From Candidatus Tayloriibacteriota bacterium (GTDB lineage Bacteria > Patescibacteriota > Minisyncoccia > Phycocordibacterales > PALSA-1337), in NCBI GenBank assembly GCA_903857825.1, contig CAIOGI010000003.1, forward strand, positions 1 through 60,442: a stretch of 60,442 bases of DNA, in the 5' to 3' direction. Made by a program: the position numbers and the translations under genes. Numbering within the stretch: the stretch's first letter is position 1; every line of letters starts with the position of its first letter. Below are positions 26,885 to 35,403 of the stretch, in pieces. Below the pieces are notes generated by a model. It worked only from the letters and a program-made list of their open reading frames with translations. It did not search any database and was not told the origin of the DNA.

Positions 26885-27514
26885 ATGAAATACTTAAATT
26901 GGAAAGAAGAAAAAATATCGGACTTTAGAGCAGAAAACATTTCTAAAATGTATAATGCAGGTTTTGTCTTTACTCGTATAGACAAAGGAGTTATTCAGCA
27001 AACTAGAAGTGTTCGCATAAATTTAAGTAAATTTGAATTATCAAGTGAGAACAGGAGAATACTAAGGAAAGGAGTAGAAGTTTCTATGAAGGAAAGCGTG
27101 ATACCCTTTTCAGAATATTCTTGGCAAATAGGAAAAATGGCCAAAGACTTTTATGAGAAAAAAGCAGACGGAGCCTTTACTGCAAATAAAATAAAAGAAC
27201 TCATTACAACTGAGCAGAATTTTAATTTTCTATTATCATTCTCAGACACAGGTTATGCTATTTGTTATAAAAATCCGGCAATGATTCATTATTGTTATCC
27301 TTTTTATGATTTAGCAACAGCAGTAAAGGATATGGGGCTCATAATGATGACAAAGACTATAGAGTCTGCTAAAAATTCAGGTCTAAAATATGTTTATCTT
27401 GGTTCCCTACAACGTCCAGGGGATGTATATAAATTACAGTTTTCTGGCATAGAGTGGTTTGATGGAAAAAAGTGGTCGGAGGATTTGGAGGAGGTGAAAA
27501 GGGTTTTGAAGTAA
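26885..27514 (+). CDS. Ate/Bpt-family (aminoacyl-tRNA--protein transferase-like) protein, divergent
   Basis: NAGFVFTRIDKGV..TRSVRINLSKFELSSENRRILRK parallels Bpt GFRRSG...VRI....ELSRSQKRLL. YVYLGSLQRPGDVYKLQF parallels WLYLGYQI....MNYKVRF. It lacks the Cys-rich motif. Confidence 0.45.
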   Translation: MKYLNWKEEKISDFRAENISKMYNAGFVFTRIDKGVIQQTRSVRINLSKFELSSENRRILRKGVEVSMKESVIPFSEYSWQIGKMAKDFYEKKADGAFTANKIKELITTEQNFNFLLSFSDTGYAICYKNPAMIHYCYPFYDLATAVKDMGLIMMTKTIESAKNSGLKYVYLGSLQRPGDVYKLQFSGIEWFDGKKWSEDLEEVKRVLK

Positions 27515-27727
27515 TTAGTTACTTCATTTCTAACAATTTACTAGCTTCAGAAAATTGATCTTGCTATAATAAAAAAGGCTAATACCCGTCATTTTCCCGA
27601 TATCAGGAAAATGATACTGTAGTTAATTTTATTAATAGTAGTTCTTAATATTTATGCATTGTATTATTTTAAAAAATAAATACTAGTTCATGTAATCAAA
27701 TTTTTGTGTTATAAAAATAATTTGTAT

Positions 27728-27758
27728 AAAAAAAGCGACCCATCTTATAGATAGGTGC
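27728..27758 (-). terminator. Intrinsic terminator of 27745..28203
   Basis: The minus strand reads GCACCUAUCU-aua-AGAUGGGUCGC followed by UUUUUUU. It overlaps the stop codon. Confidence 0.6.
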
Positions 27759-28203
27759 TGAGCCATGGGAACTTCTTCTTTAGCAATAGGACGACCAACA
27801 AAGTGTAGAGCATTCCTATTACCAATGAGACCAAAAAGATTGTTACTGGTTTCCAGTTTAATCTTTTTGATGAATCGAAATATGCAGTAAGCACCACTGG
27901 ACTGAGTTGTGTTGACATGAAGATCAAAACAAAGAATCTATTAAACCTTGAAAGTAGCCGTGTCAATAAAATGAATAGTGCCTCATCTTTCAAAACTCTC
28001 TGCTCATTGAAATATGCCCTTAGAAGGAAATACCCAATGAGAGAAGTCGCCACCAAAAGAAACAAGAACCCAGCCAACATGCCATACTTAAAACATATCA
28101 GGGGGAACAAAAACCAACGAACGAACTTGCTTTGCAATTGGTCAATCAAGAGGCCAATTGCAGTGAGGATAAACTTCCTAAACCACAAAACTCTTTTTCT
28201 CAT
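27745..28203 (-). CDS. Small integral membrane protein (4 TM), function unknown
   Basis: 152-aa hydrophobic ORF followed by a terminator. Confidence 0.45.
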   Translation of the reverse strand: MRKRVLWFRKFILTAIGLLIDQLQSKFVRWFLFPLICFKYGMLAGFLFLLVATSLIGYFLLRAYFNEQRVLKDEALFILLTRLLSRFNRFFVLIFMSTQLSPVVLTAYFDSSKRLNWKPVTIFLVSLVIGMLYTLLVVLLLKKKFPWLSTYL

Positions 28204-28286
28204 CTTTGAACTCCTTCACAGATACTAACACAAAATTTCATACCTGTAAATAGAGCGAGAAATAAACAATATAGTACAATAAAACA

Positions 28287-29672
28287 ATGGATTCTTCACC
28301 AAAACACATTCACATCGTTGGTATATGCGGTGTAGCTACTAGCGCACTTGCTATTGCCTTTCACAATAAAGGCTGGAAAGTTACTGGTTCAGACAAAGGC
28401 TTCTTCCCTCCCGTTTCGACAGAACTAGAAAAACATGGGATATCTTTTTATGCAGGCTGGCATCCAGAAAAAATGATTGAGGGTGGAAAACTTGACATAG
28501 TAGTGATTACAACTTTTGCTGGAACAAAAAATCCAGAAATAAAATATGCTGAGGAAAATAACATTACTTTAAAACCTTACATGGAGGTATTCAGAGACTA
28601 CTTCATAAGACCAAAATCAATAGTCTGTGCGGGCACGTGGGGAAAGACCTCATCTTCAACTCTATTATCATATATCTTACAAGAAGCAGAGTTTGATCCC
28701 ACATACATGTTTGGCGGTATTTCTCTTTCCCATAATGCTTCGGCAAAACTGACAGATAGTGAGTACAGCGTATTTGAAGGAGATGAGTATAAAAGTTCAC
28801 CCACCGACAACACACCGAAGTTTGTATATTACAAACCTACGCATCTATTGTTGAGTGCAATATCTTGGGACCATGCGGATCTGTATCCAACAGAAGAAAG
28901 TTATTTTAATGTTTTCAGAAAACTAATATCAGGAATACCAAAAGATGGTTTCGTTGTGGCAAATAGAGATAATGAAAAGGTCAAAGAACTTGTACAAAAT
29001 GCTATATGGTATGGGAAAAGCGATGCGAAATATGTTTATAGTGATGTTAATCAAACAAAAGATGGTCTAGATTTCAAAATCAATGGAATTAAAATTCACT
29101 CGCCAATGATCGGGACATTTCAAGCAGAAAATATTACCGGGTGTTTCGCCATGGCATCAGAAATTGGAATACCAACTGAAAAAATCGTTAAAGCCATCTC
29201 CAACTTCAAAGGATTAAAAAGAAGACTTGAAAAAAGATTAGATAGCAAGGTAACAATATTCGATGACATAGCACATTCTCCAGAAAAAGCTGCTTCCGTT
29301 CTGAAAACCATTAGAGCAGTATATCAAGGAAAGATAATTACTATTTTCGAACCAAACAGTGGAGGTCGTCAAAGAGAGTCGTCAACAAAATACAACAACG
29401 CCTTCAAGGACTCCACCACAGTCATTATTCCCCGCCTTACGAAACTTAAGGTTGCTGACGATGGATCTGAAAAGCCTTTTGAAGGTGACGAACTTGCAGA
29501 GACCATAAAGAAAACTCAGCCAAATACTCTTTACATTGAAGACGATGATAAATTAGTAAAATATCTAATAGAAAACACAAGAGACGGCGATGTTATCGCC
29601 TTCCTTGGTTCACACGGATTTAGAGGTATGATAGAAGAGACGATTACTTCCCTTCGTCAACAATCTCAGTAG
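28287..29672 (+). CDS. Mur ligase family protein, MurC/Mpl type
   Basis: N-terminus IHIVGICGVATSALAIAFHNKGWKVTGSD..FPPVSTELEKHGI is closest to the Mpl/MurC pattern. P-loop GTWGKTSSS. Confidence 0.75.
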   Translation: MDSSPKHIHIVGICGVATSALAIAFHNKGWKVTGSDKGFFPPVSTELEKHGISFYAGWHPEKMIEGGKLDIVVITTFAGTKNPEIKYAEENNITLKPYMEVFRDYFIRPKSIVCAGTWGKTSSSTLLSYILQEAEFDPTYMFGGISLSHNASAKLTDSEYSVFEGDEYKSSPTDNTPKFVYYKPTHLLLSAISWDHADLYPTEESYFNVFRKLISGIPKDGFVVANRDNEKVKELVQNAIWYGKSDAKYVYSDVNQTKDGLDFKINGIKIHSPMIGTFQAENITGCFAMASEIGIPTEKIVKAISNFKGLKRRLEKRLDSKVTIFDDIAHSPEKAASVLKTIRAVYQGKIITIFEPNSGGRQRESSTKYNNAFKDSTTVIIPRLTKLKVADDGSEKPFEGDELAETIKKTQPNTLYIEDDDKLVKYLIENTRDGDVIAFLGSHGFRGMIEETITSLRQQSQ

Positions 29673-29808
29673 TTAGATTTTCCCCATCTACTTTCTTGGC
29701 AAGTAATGTAATACCACAATGATTACACTCGATAACCATTCCCTCATTTACAACTGGAAAACGAGAAAGATCGATACCATTCTTACATTCTGGACATATT
29801 GATTTCAT
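29644..29808 (-). CDS. LysW-like zinc-ribbon protein (amino-group carrier protein family candidate)
   Basis: From the ATG at 29808 the ORF is 54 aa: MKSI-CPEC-x19-CNHCG-...acidic tail EIVDEGK. It has the same length and Cys spacing class as LysW (CPECG...CxxCG...EDWGE). Its 3' end overlaps the convergent Mur ligase gene by 29 nt. Confidence 0.45.
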   Translation of the reverse strand: MKSICPECKNGIDLSRFPVVNEGMVIECNHCGITLLAKKVDGENLTTEIVDEGK

Positions 29809-29882
29809 AACTTTTATTGATTGGAAATACATAATTAATAAAGTACCTTCTAATACTACCTAAAACGTTGTATTATATCAAT

Positions 29883-30758
29883 ATGATAACACCAAACAAA
29901 GAATGCCCACAGCTAAAAGAGGCTTTAGAGATGGAATCCGTTTTCTTTAAACGTGAGGACCTTCATCCTTATGGTTCCCACAAAGGCAGATCAATACCCG
30001 TAATGATCGATCTATACTTGGCTCAGGGTAAAAAACATTTTGCTATTTCATCTTCTGGTAATGCGGCTTTGGCGGCATGTTTTCATATTGAAAAATTAAA
30101 TAATAATAGACTAGATAAAATTAAACTGGAAGTACTTGTTGGGCAACATATTTTTACAGAAAAATTAAGAAAACTAGAAAAATTTAAAAATGAAAGTATT
30201 TCAGTAACAATGCATGATCGTCCACTTCAAACTCTTTTCCAAAAAACAAAGGATGGCGATATTTGTACGCTAAGACAATCAACAGACGACACTGCCCTTA
30301 TTGGCTATAGTGAACTTGGCAAAGAATTATTAGAAATTCCAAACTTATCAGCTGTTTTTATTGGAACTTCTTCAGGTACTACAGCCCAAGCTTTGGCTGA
30401 ATATTTTATTAGAATTAATAAAAAAGTTGAATTACATATTGTACAAACATCATCTTGTCACACTATTTCTAATCATTTCGTTGATGACGAAACTCTCGAC
30501 GAGAAATCCATCGCAGATGCGATAGTCGATCATGGAGCATTGAGAAGAGACAATGTAATCAGATTAGTAGAAGAAACTAATGGTAGTGGTTGGATAGCTT
30601 CAAATGAACAAATTTTGTCAGCGCAAGAAATTACAAAAATAAATGAGGGAATAGATATATCTACGAATAGCGCTCTTTCAGTAGCTGGTTTAATGCAGGC
30701 TGTATATACTGGCAAAACTTGGGATGGTTCTGTTGTGTGCGTGATTTGCGGGGATTAA
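29883..30758 (+). CDS. PLP-dependent enzyme of the Trp-synthase-beta (PALP) superfamily
   Basis: FFKREDLHPYGSHKGRS matches the E..NPxGSFKDR lysine motif. GTSSGTTAQA is the glycine-rich phosphate loop. Start taken at the ATG at 29883. Confidence 0.6.
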   Translation: MITPNKECPQLKEALEMESVFFKREDLHPYGSHKGRSIPVMIDLYLAQGKKHFAISSSGNAALAACFHIEKLNNNRLDKIKLEVLVGQHIFTEKLRKLEKFKNESISVTMHDRPLQTLFQKTKDGDICTLRQSTDDTALIGYSELGKELLEIPNLSAVFIGTSSGTTAQALAEYFIRINKKVELHIVQTSSCHTISNHFVDDETLDEKSIADAIVDHGALRRDNVIRLVEETNGSGWIASNEQILSAQEITKINEGIDISTNSALSVAGLMQAVYTGKTWDGSVVCVICGD

Positions 30759-30772
30759 CAGTAGAAAATTTT

Positions 30773-32077
30773 CTACAATTCTCGCACAGCTCTTACAAAC
30801 CTCTCTCCCCTTTCTTTTCTAGAGACATCAACACCCACCGCATCAAAACCCGGACTAAATAAAACTATACCTTCTTTTTTTGTAGAATCTTTTGCCTTTA
30901 GAACTGCATCTTCAAGATTTAAAACTTGGTATACCTCAAGCCCTTCTATTTCTTCTATGTGCTTTCTTAATCCTATTGTTCCACTTCCAGGTAGTAATAT
31001 AACAGTAGATACATACTGAGACAGATTCTTGATCAATAGATCATAATCTTGACCGGTATATGCTCCTCCAAAAATTAAAGTAGTATTTTTGTCTTTATAT
31101 ATTGCTCTTAGTGCTGCTAAAGTAGATGCGGGACTTACGGATGACGCATCATTATAGTAATCAACATTTGCAACTTTTTTTATATATTCTATATGCCCCC
31201 TAAGACCTAGAAAGGTTTGAATCACTTCCATCGATATTTCCTTTGAAACCTTAAATAATTCACTAGTTTGTAAAGCTAATGAGGCATTTTCTTGATCATG
31301 AAGTGCTTTTTTTTCCATACCCCATTCTTTGGGAATTGAACTAGCTCTAGTACGAAGAATCTTTGCTTTAGAGATTATACTTGATCTTGATTTTATACTG
31401 TCTATCACCTCATCAGTAGCTACTATAAAGTTATTATAAGTCTGGAATTCAAGCATTTTAAATGATGTGACAGAAGTTAAAACTGCGACATGAGGACTCA
31501 TACGTATACCATAATAATATTCTATTAATGATTCTGGGATTCTGGCAAGAACTACATCACCTTTTTTTATCTTCTTTAAATGTGTTAATGCTCCTCCAGT
31601 AGAACTAGAGTCAAGCAAGAATAATCCTTGATCATCATACTCAAGAAAAGCCTTTTTCAGCATTCTGTATATCAAATGTACTACTGTACTTTTCCCATAC
31701 ATACCCATTACCCCCACAAAGGTGACTGGTGGCGCTAATTTAAAAAACAGAATATCAGCATATTCAATTTTGATTCCAGCATCAATAGCCTTCTTTAGAA
31801 AAGTTGATCTATAAGATACTTCTGTTGAAAGAATAATTTGATCAAATTCAAGCAAATCAATATCAATTATCTTTCCAAAGGAAAATCTATGAAGCCCACC
31901 TATTGAGAGGTCCATTATATAGTTTTTTATACGTTCTTCACTATGAGTATCGAATAAAGATACCTTTGCCTTATTTCTTAATAAGAATTTAATATCAGCG
32001 ATCATTTCTCCATGAGGACCTATACCTATAACCGCAATCTTTTTATCTTTGAAATAGTCTTTATAATTCACATGCAC
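30773..32077 (-). CDS. murD: UDP-N-acetylmuramoylalanine--D-glutamate ligase
   Basis: N-terminal Rossmann-like KIAVIGIGPHG and Mur P-loop GVMGMYGKST. 434 aa, in mur gene context. Confidence 0.6.
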   Translation of the reverse strand: MHVNYKDYFKDKKIAVIGIGPHGEMIADIKFLLRNKAKVSLFDTHSEERIKNYIMDLSIGGLHRFSFGKIIDIDLLEFDQIILSTEVSYRSTFLKKAIDAGIKIEYADILFFKLAPPVTFVGVMGMYGKSTVVHLIYRMLKKAFLEYDDQGLFLLDSSSTGGALTHLKKIKKGDVVLARIPESLIEYYYGIRMSPHVAVLTSVTSFKMLEFQTYNNFIVATDEVIDSIKSRSSIISKAKILRTRASSIPKEWGMEKKALHDQENASLALQTSELFKVSKEISMEVIQTFLGLRGHIEYIKKVANVDYYNDASSVSPASTLAALRAIYKDKNTTLIFGGAYTGQDYDLLIKNLSQYVSTVILLPGSGTIGLRKHIEEIEGLEVYQVLNLEDAVLKAKDSTKKEGIVLFSPGFDAVGVDVSRKERGERFVRAVREL

Positions 32078-32091
32078 TATTATATCAAATT

Positions 32092-32400
32092 TTATGGTTT
32101 TAATTTACTCTCATCAATTATCATACTCTTAACCTTTATCATTTCTTGAAGTAATGCCTGAAGCTTAATTGAACTTTCATTATTTATTGTATCTGAAGCT
32201 ACAAATATAGATATCTTGCATAGGAATAGATTGTATATATCATTAAAATACTTCTCTAATATATCTGTACGGTCAATAGCCCCATTGTCTTTATCATTTA
32301 AAAAAAAGATATCTACCGGCCTATTTATGCCTTCAAAATACAAGAAGTCATCTGATAATATTCCATCTATTACTGGGTATGATTTTTGGTATTTTTTCAT
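32092..32400 (-). CDS. Hypothetical protein
   Basis: 102-aa ORF packed tightly between radC and murD. No recognisable motif. Confidence 0.35.
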   Translation of the reverse strand: MKKYQKSYPVIDGILSDDFLYFEGINRPVDIFFLNDKDNGAIDRTDILEKYFNDIYNLFLCKISIFVASDTINNESSIKLQALLQEMIKVKSMIIDESKLKP

Positions 32401-32414
32401 AATGTATTTATTAA

Positions 32415-33155
32415 TTAATAACCAGCATGAATACTAATAAAATTATCTTTTGTAATGATTACGTGGTCTAAAATATTTATACCTATCATCTTACCTGCCT
32501 GTACAAGCTGTTTGGTGATTTCTATGTCTTGCTTGCTTGGTGTTGATATATTTGAAGGATGATTGTGAGCAAGTACAATAGCCACAGCATTGTATTCTAT
32601 GGCAGGTCTAAATACTTCTCTCGGATGAACAATGTTTGAATTTATTGTGCCTATAGAAATTACTTCATCGTGAATGATTAGATTATGACTATTCAAATAC
32701 AATCCCCGAAGATGCTCTTTTGGTAGATTACGCATATCTTGTAAATACTCATAAGTATCTCTTGCGGTACGTATTGTTGTAAAACCATTTTCATGTTTTT
32801 CATAAAATCTCCTTCCCAATTCTCCACAAGCAATTATCTTGCTAGATTTTATAATTGAAATATTCAAATCCTTGGACATTTTATTAACATTTTTTTGTGA
32901 AATTACACTTTTTTCTCCATAATCTTTGATTATACGATTTGATACCTCGATCACATCTTCATTCTTATTTCCTGTATTTAAAATAATTGCCAATAATTCA
33001 GCCGAGGAAAGTGTACTCGGGCCATATTTTATAAGTTTTTCTCTTGGTTTCTGCTCAATGGGCATATCTCGAATCCTAAGAACATATTTTCTTTCATTGT
33101 CTAAAAAAAGATTTGTATCTTTTTGCTTATAATTTTTTTGTATATTTTTATTCAT
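32415..33155 (-). CDS. radC: RadC-family JAMM-motif protein
   Basis: AHNHPSNISTPSKQDIEITKQL (JAMM HxHPxG..PSxxD). N-terminal HhH-like region LSSAELLAIIL. Confidence 0.8.
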   Translation of the reverse strand: MNKNIQKNYKQKDTNLFLDNERKYVLRIRDMPIEQKPREKLIKYGPSTLSSAELLAIILNTGNKNEDVIEVSNRIIKDYGEKSVISQKNVNKMSKDLNISIIKSSKIIACGELGRRFYEKHENGFTTIRTARDTYEYLQDMRNLPKEHLRGLYLNSHNLIIHDEVISIGTINSNIVHPREVFRPAIEYNAVAIVLAHNHPSNISTPSKQDIEITKQLVQAGKMIGINILDHVIITKDNFISIHAGY

Positions 33156-33176
33156 TTCAAAATTATACTTCTAAAA

Positions 33177-33208
33177 GAAATATGCCCACAAGGGCATATT
33201 TCATAAAA
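33177..33208 (-). terminator. Intrinsic terminator after pyk
   Basis: GAAATATGCCC-acaa-GGGCATATTTC is an 11-bp stem. On the minus strand it is followed by UUUUAG. Confidence 0.6.
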
Positions 33209-33243
33209 AATTTATCGTTTCTTTAGAATCTGTGGATAAGTGA

Positions 33244-34659
33244 CTATAAAACCTCGATAAGCATCATATTTGTCTCTTTTATCTTTCCAAATGGCATACC
33301 TCCAACGATAACAACTTTATCGCCCTCGGCAGCAATTTTTTCTTTTAGCGCAACATCTCGGACGACGGACATGATTTGGTCAATTGTTGTAAATCTTTCA
33401 ACTACAATAGGATAACAACCAAAAGATAACATCAATTTTCTTGCTACGGCAGAAGTCATAGTCAATGCTACAACTCTTTCTGCAGGGCGATACCTTGCCA
33501 ACATTCTTGCTGTTCTTCCAGATTCAGTTAATGCAACAATAAATCTCGCGTCTACTTCGTGAGAAGCTAGAACAGCAGATTGAGAAGTTATGTCTGTAAT
33601 ACCATGTGAATCATCATATTCAGCAATGGTATCTGCAGTGTAAACATCTTTTTCTACACGCGTCGCGATGCGTGTCATCATTTCTACGGCTTCAACTGGA
33701 AATTCTCCCAATGTTGTCTCCTCGGAAAGCATGATTGCATCTGTACCATCGATAATAGCATTTGCTATATCTGACACTTCAGCTCTTGTTGGTACTGGAC
33801 TTTTTATCATTGATTCAAGCATTTGTGTCGCTGTAATAACAGGCTTACCCAATGAATTACATTTCTGTATAAGCATTTTCTGCACTAGTGGAACTTCCTC
33901 AGCAGGAATTTCTATTGCCAGGTCCCCTCTAGCAACCATCAAACCATCAGCAAGATTTATTATTTCATCTATATTTTCTAATGCTTCTGGTGTTTCAATC
34001 TTCGCTATTATACCAGCCTTAGAGTCTGCAGCTTTCAATATATCTCTCAATTCAGTAATATCTGATGGTCTTCTAACAAATGAAAGTGCTATAAAATCAA
34101 CTTGATTTTTTATACCAAATTCTAAATCTTTTCTATCTTTATCTGTGATTGAACTGATAGAAAGATATGCTCCTGGCAGGTTTACTCCTCTCTTGTTCTT
34201 TATTTCCCCTCCAACGATAACTTTGGTAATAACATCATTTCCTTTTATATCTGTAATCTGTAGTTTTTTCTTTCCATCATGCAACAATACATATCCACCA
34301 ACCTTTACTTCCTTTGGTAGTTTTTTGTAATTAACCGAAACCTTACTTTCATTACCCATTACTTCGTCCGTAGTAAGGATAAACTCTTGACCCTCGACTA
34401 AAGTTGCAAGTCCTTTTTCAAATTCACCTATTCTTATTTTTGGTCCACCAAGATCCTGCATTACCGCAATCGTCTTCCCTGTATTATCTGTTACCTTCTT
34501 AAGATTTTCTATACGATTCTGATGTTCAGCAAAATCTCCATGTGAGAAGTTTAAACGCATTACATTCATTCCTGCTTCCACCAACGCATTTAGCTTTTCT
34601 TCACTTTCTGTTGCTGGACCGATTGTACAGACTATTTTTGTCTTCTTTCCAAGATTCAT
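33244..34659 (-). CDS. pyk: Pyruvate kinase
   Basis: KIVCTIGPA, MNVMRLNFSHG, MVARGDLAIEIP and TQMLESM. Confidence 0.9.
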   Translation of the reverse strand: MNLGKKTKIVCTIGPATESEEKLNALVEAGMNVMRLNFSHGDFAEHQNRIENLKKVTDNTGKTIAVMQDLGGPKIRIGEFEKGLATLVEGQEFILTTDEVMGNESKVSVNYKKLPKEVKVGGYVLLHDGKKKLQITDIKGNDVITKVIVGGEIKNKRGVNLPGAYLSISSITDKDRKDLEFGIKNQVDFIALSFVRRPSDITELRDILKAADSKAGIIAKIETPEALENIDEIINLADGLMVARGDLAIEIPAEEVPLVQKMLIQKCNSLGKPVITATQMLESMIKSPVPTRAEVSDIANAIIDGTDAIMLSEETTLGEFPVEAVEMMTRIATRVEKDVYTADTIAEYDDSHGITDITSQSAVLASHEVDARFIVALTESGRTARMLARYRPAERVVALTMTSAVARKLMLSFGCYPIVVERFTTIDQIMSVVRDVALKEKIAAEGDKVVIVGGMPFGKIKETNMMLIEVL

Positions 34660-34869
34660 TGTATTTTATTAAACTATTAATTAGAGATTTAATACTACTA
34701 CATAAACGCAGTTCTGACAAAATTTCAAAAATTGATGTCTTAGTATTTTTATCCATATTATTTTGATTTTAGTTAATAAAATTGGATTAAATATGAATGA
34801 ATTTTATCACTAATAAAAATGAAAACACTATTGTGTTAGGATGATTTTTGTATTTAAAAAATACTAAAA

Positions 34870-35307
34870 TTAGAGTACCTTGTAAGACCTGGCAATACAT
34901 TCGAAAGTACCATCTTTCATAAAAAAGACAAAGTGTATACAATCACTAATATTTTTGTATTCTTCATTCAAAATATTAGTACCCTTTCCCAGCAAGGAAT
35001 TCTTCCAATCATAACCTTTAACGATATAAAAAGCATTAAATTCTAGATCGGGAAATCTGGTAAAAGAATATATACTATCATTCTTGATTTTGGGATTTGA
35101 TTTTGAGTCAAAGAAACCCTCGTCGTTTGGGTCGCCTATACGATACATAAGGGGTTCATTAAAAATAATCTTACCCTCTGTATTATAAACATTTGTAGAA
35201 AAACTTAATAATAAAGTATCACTAAACACGTCAACTTTGGGAGTGGCGGTATTTGGTTCAGGTTTAAGTGGAATATCTAATTTATCAAACGTTATTTTTG
35301 TATTCAT
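34870..35307 (-). CDS. Hypothetical protein
   Basis: 145-aa ORF whose ATG lies 3 nt after the 3' end of the tRNA. No recognisable motif. Confidence 0.4.
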   Translation of the reverse strand: MNTKITFDKLDIPLKPEPNTATPKVDVFSDTLLLSFSTNVYNTEGKIIFNEPLMYRIGDPNDEGFFDSKSNPKIKNDSIYSFTRFPDLEFNAFYIVKGYDWKNSLLGKGTNILNEEYKNISDCIHFVFFMKDGTFECIARSYKVL

Positions 35308-35310
35308 TTG

Positions 35311-35383
35311 TGCGCCCGGAGGGACTCGAACCCACGGCCAATCGAGTATAAGTCGACCGCTCTACCAACTGAGCTACGGGCGC
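35311..35383 (-). tRNA. tRNA-Ile, anticodon UAU
   Basis: 73-nt cloverleaf. Acceptor GCGCCCG/CGGGCGC, D arm GCTC-AGTTGGTA-GAGC, anticodon arm GTCGA-CTTATAC-TCGAT, variable loop TGGCC, T arm GTGGG-TTCGAGT-CCCTC (one U-U mismatch), discriminator A. No encoded CCA. The body resembles bacterial tRNA-Ile2. Confidence 0.8.
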
Positions 35384-35403
35384 TCTCATATAATAGACTA
35401 TTA

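Noticed and set aside
33184-33196. The CCCACAAGGGC loop-stem of the pyk terminator resembles the CCCTTGTGG motif of the type-B and H2 modules
   Set aside because: Only about 9 nt are shared, and the flanking GAAGTAC and CGAC signatures are absent. It is most simply an independent terminator hairpin.
34775-34790. AAAATTGGATT, a possible remnant of a type-A left end
   Set aside because: It is only 11 nt, has no matching right arm nearby and lies in very AT-rich DNA, so a chance match is likely.
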